Shown here: positions 41,772 to 55,135 of the stretch, one piece after another
How the letters are laid out: each line of letters starts with the position of its first letter
How positions within the stretch are numbered: the stretch's first letter is position 1
Source: Paramecium tetraurelia
Taxonomy: Eukaryota
Direction: 5' to 3'
Length of the DNA: 64,000 bases
Assembly: GCA_000165425.1 (NCBI GenBank)
Contig: CT868563.1
Location: forward strand, 248,001-312,000
Made by a program: the position numbers and the translations under genes
Notes under the pieces: generated by a model
The model's input: only the letters and a program-made list of their open reading frames with translations
Told to the model about the DNA's origin: nothing
Database searches by the model: none

Positions 41772-44700
41772 ATGCTGTATAGGATTATTGAAAAGGTCTA
41801 TAAATAAATTCCATTGAAGTATCAACAGAGACTAAAAGATATAGAATTTGAAAACTTATAGAGCATGAGAGTATCAAATAATCATATATTAGATTGAATT
41901 TACTAATGGTCTAGTGCAAAAAACATACAATTACGAGATTTTGTCAAACAAAATACAATTAATCCAAGTATGATTAGTTTTATCTAGGCATCTACAGTAA
42001 TCAAAGAATTAGTTAGAATTTTGCTCAAAATGGAAACTCTCCCTATTTTTCCTTTAATTTATTTTCTTTCTTTACAAGAATTATTCTGGTCTGAATTCTT
42101 TATTATATTATACACGATGATGTGTTTAATTATGGATATGGCTTTCTCATACTTAATACTATTTTCCAATTTAAAATAAAGATGGAAATTTGAAGAGAAT
42201 ATCAATAAACAGTAATGTCGAGTCTTAGCAGATATAGATTAATTGTTGTAAACTTAAAATAAAACTCCTTCAAAGAAAATCGAATGGTAGCAATTAAAAT
42301 TAGGTCAAATCGTTTGTCTTTAGAAGGGAGAAAAGAGTCCAGCAGATGTCTTAATTTTAGAATCAAGTTAGGAATAAGTATTAGTGGATTTTAAGTATAA
42401 ATATCCTTGCCCTTGCACTTTTGTTAATTAAGCTTCTAAAACAAAAGGAATCATGACTAAATTCTTAATAAATTTGAGTGGATGGATCTAATTTTAAAGC
42501 TCTAAACAAGGAACTATTAAATTGAAAAACGATCCAAAGACCACTTAATTTACAGATGTAAATATTATTAACAGAGGCCAAATATTGAATCAAACAGATT
42601 GGATATTTGGGATAGCCATATAGGTTGGACACGGATGCTTTTAATAAAGAGATCGATATTATAATTGGAACCATTATAATTAGAATAGTTTTTATATATT
42701 TTTGATAGATGTTATAATTTTCTTTGTCCTTTTAATACCAAAGCTAATTAGTTAACAATAGTATGAATTCCCAACTTATCAAAATTCTATTATAATGTGT
42801 CTGTTACTTTTACCTTAAAATTACTTTATCATCAATTAAATATGGTTACTTATTCACTAATTCAATCTAAACAAATTAGAGATTAGATAATCTTCTGACA
42901 CAAATTCCAATTTAACCTAATAATAGCAATAATAACTTTAAGAGTAACCTGATCCAATCCTGTAAGAATATGATAAGAAAGTGCTTATTTAAGTGTAAAA
43001 AGTAGGATCAACAAACAATTCAGTATTGAATCTTGGTTTAAAAAAGAAAAATCCAACTTAATGCAATATATATCAATATAATCAATTATCTAATTAAAAC
43101 ATTTTAGAATTGATGAAAACAGATGTATTAGTATTTGAGAATCCTTAAAAAATATTAAAAGATAATGTTAGAGTTTGCTTAATCATACATGACAAATGTA
43201 GATATTACTTTAATTATGAAAAATTATAATCCATTATTGAAAAAACTACTCCAACTCAAAAAATTAATTATGAAAAATTACTATTAGATACAAATAGGTT
43301 TTAAGCTTATGATGAATAAAAAACATAAGACATTGATTTATTACTTGCTGAAAAGTAATAGCCAACCTTAAGGATTGTCGAAGAAAAAAAAACATTCCAA
43401 AAAATAGGGTTTTTGAAAGAATAAACAAAGGTAAGTTAATTTCAAAAAGATATGAGAGATTCTAAAGACCTAAAAAAGTAACCTGGAGACCCTTAAAAAT
43501 TGAATACATATAGTTCTTTTAGAAAATAAACTGCAAGGAACTTATTTCAATCTAATACTTAAGTCTAACAAATAAAAGAGTCTAATTAACAATCGACATT
43601 AATACAACAATAATAATCTAACATAATAATTTCATATAAGAATTCGCCGAAATTGTAAAGATAAAGAAGTAGTAATCATCTTTCCTAAAGTCAATTGAAT
43701 CCAAATGTCAGATCTTAGGGAGGATCATTAAAAAACATTACTCCGACTTAATAAGATTTGAGTAATGATTAAATCATAGGAGATGTATTTAATGAATAAG
43801 ATTTTATTAATAAATTATTGAATAAGTCTGATGTAATATCGAATGAAATTTTAATTGTTTTACTGCTTTGTAATAATATTGAGAGTGTTTATGATAAGAA
43901 AGAAAAGAAGATTTAAAATATATATTATAATTCATTTGATGAATCAATTTTAGAATTTGTGAAGATATTTGATTATAAATTTATTTCAAGTGCTACAATT
44001 GATAATTTTCAAGTAGAATATAAATAAGATCAAAATAGTCCAAAAGGCTGTCTCTATTTTAAGGAGTTATTAAGATTTTTGATATTATAGCCTTTTTGTT
44101 GCCAACCCCAAAATCGATAAAATACTCTCTCTATACCTGGTTAAGAATCTGAAACCTTTGTATTATAAGGAAGGAGCTTTTTTATTCCCCAGAACAGAAA
44201 TATGGTGACACGAATTATATGGCCAAAGATTCCCCTTAATTAATGAAAAAAAGGGGGAAAAGGTTTTGGGGGGGGGTTAAAGCTCAATAAAATCTTAAAA
44301 AAAAAATTGGATTTCTAGTAAAACTCAAAGTTTTTTAATAAATTAAAATTCCCCTCCCCCAAGACCTAGGGTGAANNNNNNNNNNNNNNNNNNNNNNNNN
44401 NNNNNNNNNNNNNNNNNNNNNNNNNNNNNNNNNNNNNNNNNNNNNNNNNNNNNNNNNNNNNNNNNNNNNNNNNNNNNNNNNNNNNNNNNNNNNNNNNNNN
44501 NNNNNNNNNNNNNNNNNNNNNNNNNAAGAGCGTCTATTTTTATATAGGTACTAGTATGTGAGTTTTATAGAGAAAATTAATAAAAGTTCTATACAGTAAT
44601 CTAAGCCAGATAAGTTCATCACTAAATATAAAATTTAAGAACCTATAAAATTACTGATAAGAATTCTATTGATATATTTCTAGAAGTCAATACAATCCAT

Positions 44701-47700
44701 TATAAGTTTAGACAATCTATTCAAAATTTAATAGAAAAATAAAATATTTTTGAGGTTTACCAATAAAAATTGATTGAAAACTTCATCGTAATTAATGCTG
44801 AAACTCTAGAAGCAATAGTAAAAGATGATTATCTAAAATATCATTTTGTTGTGCTGTTTTATTTTTCATAAGGTGTTGGAGCTTACTAATTAGATGAGAA
44901 ATAAAAAGGGAAACTTTTAAAATTGATTACAATTACTGAAAGATATATTGCATCTATTGGTGCTGGATTAGACAATTAATATTTCTTTTACAAATCTAAT
45001 TATTCTTTTAATTTATATGATAAAGATCCACAATGTGCACTTTCTAACCCAAATTTTTTAATTTCTAAGACTGATTAAATGCTTAAATTGCTATTTTATT
45101 ATTGCCCAGCTACCTACTTAAATTATGAATCTGTCATTTTAATCTAGATTTATCGATGCTTTTTATTTGGCTTTTTCTCTTATATGATAGATTATTAAAA
45201 TCAATTTTATGCTTTAGAAGAATTAATTTTCTTTGTATTAGTTCCAAGCAATTTTGTTACATGTATTCTTAATTATGAAAATTTTCTGCATTAAAAATCA
45301 TTTGACAAAAATTAATTTGAAATATATCGAAAGAGACTGGAGTTGATAAAATAAAGTAATATTTATGTCAAAATAATCAAAATAATCTTTATAGCTTTAC
45401 TAGATTCAATTTTAGTTTAAATTTGTTTTAATATATTTGATATATTCTAAAATTAAGAACTCACAGATTATTCTGTTTTTATGTTCATCAATTTTGAATT
45501 AATGGAAAAGTCAAAATACATTATGACTCAGTTCAACTCATACTATGATTTAGGTAGGATGCTAAAACTAATATTCTCTTACATAATATTATTATCTTTG
45601 TTAGTATTAATATATGGTCTTGTGATCACAGATATTGTATACTAATTATCAAGCTTAAATTTTATATTTTGGGTATTTGGACTCATATTTGCTCTATCAA
45701 TCTCATTTATATAGTAAGAAGTGTTAATACTTACTGAATTTAGCTTCCCATGTCCAAATGATATTCAATTTCACATCGAAAATCGTAATTAGATAGAAAA
45801 GTTAAGCTAATCTTTGAAATATTTAAACCAATAATAATCAAATGAGCCAAAATTGTTTATTGAGAAATTATTTGAGGGAAAAGACTTTATGGACGAATAA
45901 CTTCTTAAAAAGATTAAGGGAGATTAATAAATGACTGATTAAATGGAAAAAGACTTAAAATTTACAGATAAGAGAACAGAAAAGGATTTTCTTAATTGGC
46001 TCAAACCTTAAAATATATATATTTATTACATTTATGAATTAACTATATTTGGAATAAGAATCTATTAATAAATCACTAATCTTTAAATAGCTTATTTTGT
46101 TATCTCTATTATTTAATTTGTAGTGATGAGTTTACTCCCTTTAATACACATATCTAAATTTAAACCCTTAGTTTAGATAGGTTTAAGATTTGCATTTTTT
46201 ATAGTGTTACATATCTTATTAGATACCTAAATTAATGAAACTCTAATGTTTCTGATTGCAATTACCCTGACACATCACCCATTATTAGGGATATATGGAT
46301 ATTATTGTGTGTGCTTTATTACAACTATATTAGATATGCTAATGGTGGGAATCTTTACTTATACTGATCCATATCTCATTCTAAATCATGGTTTAATTTT
46401 AATTGAAGTTTGTCTTCCACTAATGTTTTAAGTTTATAAAACAGAATTCTTATAAAGGTATTAATATGTCCTTTAAAACAAATTGTTGGATGAATATAAA
46501 AAGCTTAACGATGCTTTAGGTTTGCTGATGCCACGTTTTATTAAAGAAAGAATGTCAAAAGGATAGATATAAATATCAGAAGATCAAGGAGATGTTGCAA
46601 TTTTATTTTGTGATATTTACGATTTTGATGACATTATCAGAAATGAATAAATCAAAGTTGTTGAATTTTTAGACAATTTATATCGTTAATTTGATTAATT
46701 CTGTTAAGCAAATGAATTATAAAAGATTGAAACCGTTGGTAAAACCTATATGGCAGCAGGTGGATTAAAAGACTATAACATTTCTGATAATTTAAATCCT
46801 ACAGAAAGAATTTTAGATACAGCCCTTTAAATGCAAGAAAGTGTTAAAACTATGAAATATGGAGACAACAAGGCTGTCATTCTCAAAATTGGTATTCACT
46901 ATGGAAGAGTCATAGCAGGTGTGATCGGGGCTCATAAACCGTAATTTTCATTGATAGGGGATACTGTAAATACAACTAGTAGAGTTTGCTCAACATCAGA
47001 ACCAGGAATTGTAACTCTTAGCTAATAAGCTTATGAAAAAGTCTCTAACAAGAAATATTAATTTAAATTAAGGGAAGTGGAGGCTAAAGGCAAAGGAACT
47101 ATTAAAACTTATTAGTTTATTAAAGGCGACAAAAAATAATAATAAGCAATTTTAAAAGTTGCTGATAATATATCAAAATCTCCTAATCCTCATTTATAAA
47201 ATTAAATGATCAAAAAAATATCTGAAAATTTGAAGAACAAATAACAAACCATTCTAAAAAAAGTATCGATGAATGAAGAAAAATAAGATATTGCCCCAGT
47301 AACAATTTAAAATACAAATATGAATGTAAATACCAAATTAATATAACTTTCATCTCCATAATCTATACAACCAATGATTAGAGCTTAATCTAGATCAGTA
47401 TTTAATTCTTCATATTAAATGGCTTTACTTGTGCCTAATGAATAGGATTAAGATAATAATAATAACAATAACATAAATAACAATAACATCAATAATAATA
47501 ACAACAATAATAATAACAATAATATTAGCAATAACAATAATAATAACAATAATAATAACAATAATAATAATAATAACAATAATAATAATAAATAAGAAGA
47601 AAAGGAAAAATTTAATCTCAATAATATATAAGGTGATGGCTTAAAATCTAGCATGCCTCTAGGGGGGGCTGCAGCAGGTTAATATTCAAAAAGAGTATCA

Positions 47701-49555
47701 AATTTAGCATTTGAATTAAATCCAATAAAATCAAGAAAATCTGTTTACAGGAGAGCAGGTACCAAAACAAATTTACCTGAATAAGATTAAATTTTAGGAA
47801 TGGGTACTAGTGGTTAAAAATTGGCAGAAAGCGTAAGGGCTGATTTGCCTGTGAAAAGAAAGAGAACTAGAATATTAGCTGAAAAATAAATGGATTTTAT
47901 AGATAGAATAGAATCTTTATCTGTCTCGCAAAACACCAAAGGAATTGAAGCAGGAATCTCTTATGGATGAATAAAAGATNNNNNNNNNNNNNNNNNNNNN
48001 NNNNNNNNNNNNNNNNNNNNNNNNNNNNNNNNNNNNNNNNNNNNNNNNNNNNNNNNNNNNNNNNNNNNNNNNNNNNNNNNNNNNNNNNNNNNNNNNNNNN
48101 NNNNNNNNNNNNNNNNNNNNNNNNNNNNNNNNNNNNNNNNNNNNNNNNNNNNNNNNNNNNNNNNNNNNNNNNNNNNNNNNNNNNNNNNNNNNNNNNNNNN
48201 NNNNNNNNNNNNNNNNNNNNNNNNNNNNNNNNNNNNNNNNNNNNNNNNNNNNNNNNNNNNNNNNNNNNNNNNNNNNNNNNNNNNNNNNNNNNNNNNNNNN
48301 NNNNNNNNNNNNNNNNNNNNNNNNNNNNNNNNNNNNNNNNNNNNNNNNNNNNNNNNNNNNNNNNNNNNNNNNNNNNNNNNNNNNNNNNNNNNNNNNNNNN
48401 NNNNNNNNNNNNNNNNNNNNNNNNNNNNNNNNNNNNNNNNNNNNNNNNNNNNNNNNNNNNNNGTTATCAATAGTAATTTACAATGTAAAAAAGATATTTA
48501 TGTTGAAAGTGCTAATAGGTTTATATTTCCTAATTTTTTCAATAAATAATATTTTAATTGTAAATGTTCATAGCTCTGATATGGAATTAATATTTTAAAT
48601 AAGTCACATAACTGCTGTTTATTTGAATTTATTCTATTTATAGATTTACAATAGAAAGGATCGAATAAAATTGTCAGTCTTATACACAATATTGATTTTA
48701 ATAAATCTTGTATTTAATGAATATATTCTGGATATAATTCTCTTCTCAATATGCATAGTAATATCAAGTTTCATCATTCAAGAAAAGGAATTAAAGGTAT
48801 TAGCTGAAAATTATTAATGCTTTTCACAATTTGAATCGAAAAATGCAAAACAAACATAGATCTTATAATATTTATTACCACAACACATAATAGGTAGGTT
48901 TTTTTCAACAGATATTACTACAACAGACAATTTCACTGATGTGTTTCAAAATTGCACTATTCTGTTTGCTGATATTGCTGGCTTTACAAAATACTCAAGT
49001 TCAGTAGAACCAGAATAAGTAGTAAATATGCTTAGAATATTATTCCAATAATTTGATGAGGCTTGCTAAAAATTTTAAGTCTACAAATTATACACAATTG
49101 GTGATTGTTATGTTTGTATGGGTATTATAGATGCTAATAACAGAGATCCTGTTGGTGAAGTATATTTATATATAATTATATAGGCAATAAATATGGTGCT
49201 TTTTGGATTGAAAATGATACAAATAATTTAATAGATAAATAAAGATCCTCAGTTTTAACATTTGAACATGCGTATTGGAGCGCATACAGGAAGAGTAATA
49301 GGAGGTGTTGTAGGAACAGATGTTGTTAGATATGATATTTATGGAGAAGATGTTACAACAGCCAATAAAATGGAATCGAAAGGACAAGAAGGTAAAATAA
49401 TGGTAAGTTAAGCTACAAAGGATTTGATAGAAAGTGATGAAGAATCTATTGGCATTTTTGATTTTGAATTTGCTTAAGAAGTCTTTTTGTCTTAAAACAA
49501 TACTACAATATCTACTTATTATGTACACTTTGATTAAATTGGTGATGATTAATGA
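41772..49555 (+). CDS. alveolate-type guanylyl cyclase: P4-ATPase-like N-terminal module plus TM segments plus two class-III cyclase domains (spans two N gaps)
   Basis: WQQLKLGQIVCLQKGEKSPADVLIL (A domain); cyclase 1 ILFCDI..KIETVGKTY..IGIHYG..FSLIGDTVNTTSR; cyclase 2 ILFADIAGFT..KLYTIGDCY..MRIGAHTG..YDIYGEDVTTANKMES. Confidence 0.85.
44376..44525. other. assembly gap (150 N)
   Basis: Run of N. The preceding ~250 nt look like low-quality read end. Confidence 0.99.
47455..47589 (+). repeat. imperfect (AAT/AAC)n microsatellite encoding poly-Asn inside the cyclase gene
   Basis: About 45 codons, nearly all AAT/AAC, in the cyclase frame. Confidence 0.92.
47980..48462. other. assembly gap (483 N)
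   Basis: Run of N. Confidence 0.99.
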
Positions 49556-49592
49556 ATAATTTATATAAATTAAATTAAACTCAACTTTTATT

Positions 49593-49870
49593 TCATTTTA
49601 TTTTTCTTAATAGATCACTAAGAGATTCTCTGGCTCTTAATAAGTTCCCATAATTCCACCACAAAAGGATGTAAATTTTTCAAGATTCTTCATTCCACAT
49701 AAGCCTTGTTCGTGATAAATTGTGTGGTGAGTACTTTATAGCAAAATTTTAATGGAAAGCAAAAGCATTATCATGAATTGAAATTGACCTGAATTTAATA
49801 ATTATTTAAACTTACCCAAGAGAAGTTTTATAAGAATATTAGTTAGCCATTTAATTGTTCATAATCAAAA
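49593..49870 (-). pseudogene. possible disrupted gene (PWI-like relic)
   Basis: Clear minus-strand intron-like segment gtaagt..cag (49789-49815), but no clean complete ORF. Fragments KWLTNIL and FVVELWELIK lie in different frames. Confidence 0.3.
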
Positions 49871-50398
49871 GAAAAGAATAAATTCCGATGGATTATAATA
49901 GAAAATAAGGTTGCAATTAAAGGCACCACTTGATCAAATGCATATGATGGATGAAATGTAATTCAACTTAATGTCTTTTGAGAAATGATGGATTCTATAC
50001 AATTTAATGTATTATTAAGGATATGTACCAAGTCCTCTGTGAACACAATACCTATTTGATATTTTAATTATGTTGCATCATAGATAGCATGCAAAATTTT
50101 ACTATAAGAATATAGCAATATCCATAATCACTTAAATTATAATAAATCAAGCTGATTCTAGATTAAACAACTTTAATTATAGATACTAGAAAATCAAGTC
50201 TATGATTGATCACTTAATATCATAATAGATATGAAATTTGTATGTAACTTTAGTATGGAAAGTTGCTTATTATTTTTTGAAAAAGTAATAATAGGATGAA
50301 CAAGAAGGAGTAAAGTTAAATTTTTAATGCAAATAAAACGTTTAGAATTCCAACAATTCCATCAAATCAAAATCTAATGAAAATATCTATAGAGTTGA

Positions 50399-51670
50399 AT
50401 GATTCTAGAATTAGTCAGATTTTGTACTTCTGCCTATTTTGATGAATATCAATAACCTTATATTTTAAAATTTCTGAGATAACTAAATACAAGATCGTCT
50501 ATTAATATTGATTTATAATTTATATTGATTAAAATATTGGTATGGAATAGTATTAATATGTCTGTTAATAAAATATTTAACAAATTAGATTTCATTAATA
50601 GGATAAACTGCTACAGGTAAGAACTTTTTAATTTAATTTAGAACGATATTTTCCTAAAATAATGAGTTGGATAAAGAAACAAGATTAAGGAATTGATCAA
50701 AGAGTCGCTTTTGAGTCTATATAGTTGATGTTTAAATTTGTGGAAGAAGAACTTACTTATGAAACAGAAAACAATGAATTCTTAGAGTTGTTTGAGCAAT
50801 AAGTAAGCATCAACTTTCTATTTTATAGGTCTTCAATCTCTGTCAAACTAAGTCAGAATCCGAATTATAAACATACTAAGCCATGATTAAATTCTTGAAT
50901 GAAGATCTTAAAAATGATGTCAATTTCTTCAAAAACATGATCAAGGACAAAGAGAAGATGTTGGAATAAGATATCAAAGAAATTGAAAAAATAAAAAAAT
51001 AAACCAAAGACAGGAGTAAAATAGAATAGAAGTTGAAAGACATAAGCTATCTTATTAAGGAGATAGACAAAAACTTGGAGATTGGTACTGCAGAAAAATT
51101 ATATGGATTACTTGAAATTATAGAATCTAAGGCAGTTATTGGATTATTCCAATATTAAAATGAATATTAAGAAATTTAGTAGTACTTAAAAAATGTGGAT
51201 TTGTTATTTAAATCGAGAAATTTTTAGTAAGATAAAGTAAGTTATGATAAATAATTTGTAGTTTGAAATTATCAACTTAATTTCTATGGTAAAAAATGTC
51301 CTTCTTGATTTACATCTAAATATTATCATCAAATTATAGGAGGATCAATTAGATGAATATGAAGCAATGTCTTTTTTTGAAAATAGTAAAGTCACTCATC
51401 AAATAGCAAGAGATTACTTTTAAAATGAACTCCAAACATTTTTATGTATTTTAAATAGATTTACTAGAAACTTTAATAAGCAAGTGGGAGAACATCATAT
51501 TGATCTAAGAGAAAACCAATGAAAACTCAGAATCCTTTAGAAATCTAATTTAGCAACTCAAGAAATAAAATACTAAAATAATAGAAACAAATAATCACAG
51601 TTTATAAATAGTTAATTTCACTATAAAACATCTAGAATAAGACTTTTTGGAATAAAGAAAAAGACAATGA
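50399..51670 (+). CDS. hypothetical helical protein (N-terminus weakly VHS-like)
   Basis: Frame assembled with five 22-26 nt introns, MILELVRFCTSAYF...EQRKRQ*. Confidence 0.6.
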
Positions 51671-52691
51671 ATAAATCTGATTTAGAGTTATATATATATA
51701 ATAATAATTAATAATTTAAAATAAAATAAAATAACTTTAAATACATATTATGAAGTATTCAATAAATTTTGAAAATTTGAAGATTCACATAAATCCTCTC
51801 AGAATTAATCAAGTTGATCATTCCAATTCAATAGTTGATACTTTAAATTCATAAAATATTGAATTGGGGTATCCATATTTTTCTAGTTTTCTTCCGAAAA
51901 TTGTTGAATTTAATTTTTTTCTAATTATAAGATCCTATCTATCAAAGTGCAATTCACAATTTTCATTCATTATCTTTTTAATTACTTATTTCCATTGTTA
52001 ATCTTTCTAATTTCTAGGTTGAGGAAAAATCTTGAAATTCTTATTTCTTCCTTTTTATTCCTTTTTTCTTTATAAATAGATATTAAATACCAAATTATTA
52101 AAAGCTATTTAAATTATTTTATGTATGGTCTTTAATTTTGATTGATAAATAACATTAGATGTTGGAATCCTTTGCAATTTCATCAAAGGATAACAAAAAA
52201 ATTTTGAAATGAGATCAGAATCATAAAAGACTATATAACAAACACCCAAATAAGTTTACTACTTAGCTATAGATTATAAATCTATCAATACTCTTTCAGT
52301 TCTTTTATTGAGAATTCAAATATTAATGTTTAATATCAGGTTCTAAATTAATAAGTTTCAATTCTAATTTGATTTAACTTTTCACTTCCAAACTTAATTA
52401 GATTTTCCCATTAGATATTAGGAATATAATCATGAATTTGAATTGCCTTATCGAAGAAATAATCTCTCTAGCTTGAATAACAATTAGTTAATGCAATACT
52501 AAAGGATAGTTAAAAATATAAAGATGTGCAAAAGTAAATAAATGCTTAAATGATAGAATTAATAAATTTGTTTATAGAAAATATTGTTTAAAATAAATTA
52601 TATTTCCATATATAAATCATTCAAATATTTAGTTATAAAAAATGACAATTTCGACTAATATAATGAGTAAGCAATAATAAATAATTAACAA

Positions 52692-54098
52692 ATGGACGAT
52701 AGCAGATCTGAAAAGCATTCACATAAAATGGTGAGAATTTATAATTTACATTAGAATATCGACCATATTAAAGACGAAAATATATTCTGCTTAATTTGCG
52801 AAGAGCAAGATTATTCAGAGCAAAACTAAATAATATTTTGTGATGGATGTGATGTTACTGTTCATTAAGAGTGTTATCATGTTGTAAATTTGGGAGCAAA
52901 ATGGTATTGTTAAAAATGTTTGGCATTGAATGATGATAGAGATTAACAGATCAGTTGTTAATTTTGTCCAGAATAATTCTAAATTCTTGAATTAGTGTAA
53001 ATAAATGGATAGCAATAATGGGTAACTAAAATAATCGAATGAATTTTAGGCTCATTCGAGTTGTTTGAAGTGGAACCCATTTTTAATTCAAAATTCTCAA
53101 AGTTATAATTTATACACTTGCGAGACAGATCTTCAAACAGGTTACAAGTGTCGTTATTGTCAAAAGACTGACGGTTTTCAATTGGAATGTCACTATATGG
53201 AATGTTAAGAGGCGTTTCATATAGGGTGTTTGAAGGTGAATGGAGGCATAATGAATAAGGAGGCTATGGAATGTTTATACACTTATATGAAACCACATTT
53301 GAAAATTCAGGATTAGAAACTATTATTTTGTGCAGAGCATGTATAGGAATTATTGACTAAGTTGGATGAGAATTAGAAGAACCTTATAGAAGAGAGTAAT
53401 ATAGAGATTGATTCATTTTAGAGTATTTGAAAATGAGAAGCGAAAGATTGAATTCTTATTACATCTACAATAGGAACAATAAATAAGTAGTTGAGAATAA
53501 AAGTGAGACTAAGTAAACTAGAAAGCAAAGAAATTATGAAGACATGCTATTTGATGAGGTTGTTCAATTGAAGCAGTTGAAATAAGCCAAAATACCGATA
53601 AAGGATAAGAAGGTGAAATTGCAATTCAAGGAGTACATGACAAGGAAACTGAATGACCAATTGCATAAGTTGAGGGATGACTTCATGAAAAAAAATCATA
53701 ATGATTTGAATGCTGATGAGGATACTTATATTTAAATAGATACTCAATTAAGTAAGAAACTATTTGATAAATTGGTGGACATCAACAATTTGGAAGAGTT
53801 TGATAAATATTTGGTGAGCTATTTCATTTTTAACAATATGATTAGAAAACCTAATAATCCTGAGATTTATATTCGAGATGTAATTATGTTTATTAATGAT
53901 TAGGATAATAATAATTATTCATATTGGAAGAAGATGTTGGATGAGTTGGGAGTTAAAAATGGGGAATAATTCTCAAGGTTTTTGAATGTTCTCAGGTTGA
54001 AGAAGATGAATATTGTGAGTAGGAATAATGAGAAATTGCAATATGAATAGGATTTGCAATAGCAATTCGAGATCTAAAATAATGAGTTGATTGAATGA
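52692..54098 (+). CDS. PHD / PZP (PHD-knuckle-PHD) zinc-finger protein, NTO1/BRPF/JADE-like module
   Basis: CLICEEQD..IIFCDGCDVTVHQECY..WYCQKC..CQFCP..WAHSSCLKWNP..CRYC..ECHYMECQEAFHIGC..FCAEH. Confidence 0.85.
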
Positions 54099-54135
54099 TT
54101 AATATTTAAAAATAAAAATATCATTTTTAAAATAA

Positions 54136-54468
54136 ATGGGCAGAACAGGAATTGCAGTCGGATTAAATAGAGGTTTCATAACATCCTCTTTAACAAAGAA
54201 GCAATTGAGAAGAAGACCATCATAAAGAAAAGGAACATTAGGTAAGAGAGTGCTTTCCGTCAGAAAAGTAATCTAAGAAGTAGCAGGATTGAGCCCATAT
54301 GAAAAAAGAATTATTGAATTGTTCAAAACCAATCAACCCAAAGATTTAAAGAAGGCAGGAAAATTGGCAGCTAAGAGATTGGGTACAAATAGAAGAGGAA
54401 AAAGAAAGATTGAACTTGTCTAAAATCTTTACAGAGCCATGAGAAAGTAATAATAAACCAAACATTGA
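54136..54468 (+). CDS. RPL36: 60S ribosomal protein eL36
   Basis: [46 protein letters not shown]; intronless. Confidence 0.95.
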
Positions 54469-54495
54469 TATATTACATACATTATACCAATATCA

Positions 54496-55111
54496 TCAAT
54501 CTTGCTTTCTTTTTCTCCCTTAGCAAAATAACCAATCATATTTTAATTAATAATATTCCCACAATCCCATACCTAATTCCTGTCTATTCATCCCTCTCTC
54601 TATGTTCCTTTTTAGATACTTGTGTCTGTCCTTCAAGATCTTTCCAATAATATCAGTAGTTGATATCCCTTCAGTTCTTTTAGTTGCCTATATTCATCTA
54701 TGTATCTTTGTAATACCTTGAATTTTCCGAGTTTCTTGCACAAAGCATAAGCGTCATCCACATCTGCAGTGGTATATGGAATATCATCATGAGCAACATA
54801 ATCAATCTGATGATCATTTAGAAATTTCTCGTCAACTATCCAGGGAGCAGGATAGATGACCTCATCAGCCCTTACAAAATAATAATATCCCCTTACCATT
54901 TACAATGCTTTACACTTTCAGTTCTTTAGTAACCATCCATCACAGATTTTCCTTTATATTTCTCAACATCCTCTTAAGAACACACTCCCACTATCAAATG
55001 AGTGTTTGGAAACAGCTTCTTGCATTGCTCTAATTAACGTGCATGTCCATAATGAAACATATCATAAACTCCATCTGCATAAACACGTACTTATTTTTCT
55101 TCTTTGTTCAT
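54496..55111 (-). CDS. choline-phosphate cytidylyltransferase (PCYT1-like)
   Basis: [55 protein letters not shown]. Confidence 0.92.
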
Positions 55112-55135
55112 TTAAATAAATAAAATATTAAAATA

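Noticed and set aside
44100..44375. G/C homopolymer runs (GGTTTTGGGGGGGGGTT) resembling a telomere, G-quadruplex or foreign insert
   Set aside because: It lies directly against an N gap with no periodic G3T3/G4T2 repeat, which is typical of low-quality read ends.
47448..47654. Poly-Leu ORF in the ORF track
   Set aside because: It is the antisense of the (AAT)n poly-Asn repeat.
47930..47979. In-frame TGA at 47968 that would split the guanylyl cyclase into two genes
   Set aside because: It is within about 10 nt of a gap, and a one-base shift gives a sensible continuation (PKELKQESLMDEQK). It is probably a base-call error and needs read confirmation.
47961..48473. 168-169 aa ORFs made of X
   Set aside because: They are artefacts of the N gap.
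49890..50600. Plus-strand frame with six TGAs that read plausibly as Trp (local UGA recoding)
   Set aside because: About this many TGAs are expected by chance in AT-rich DNA, and the downstream gene is explained by a normal start at 50399.
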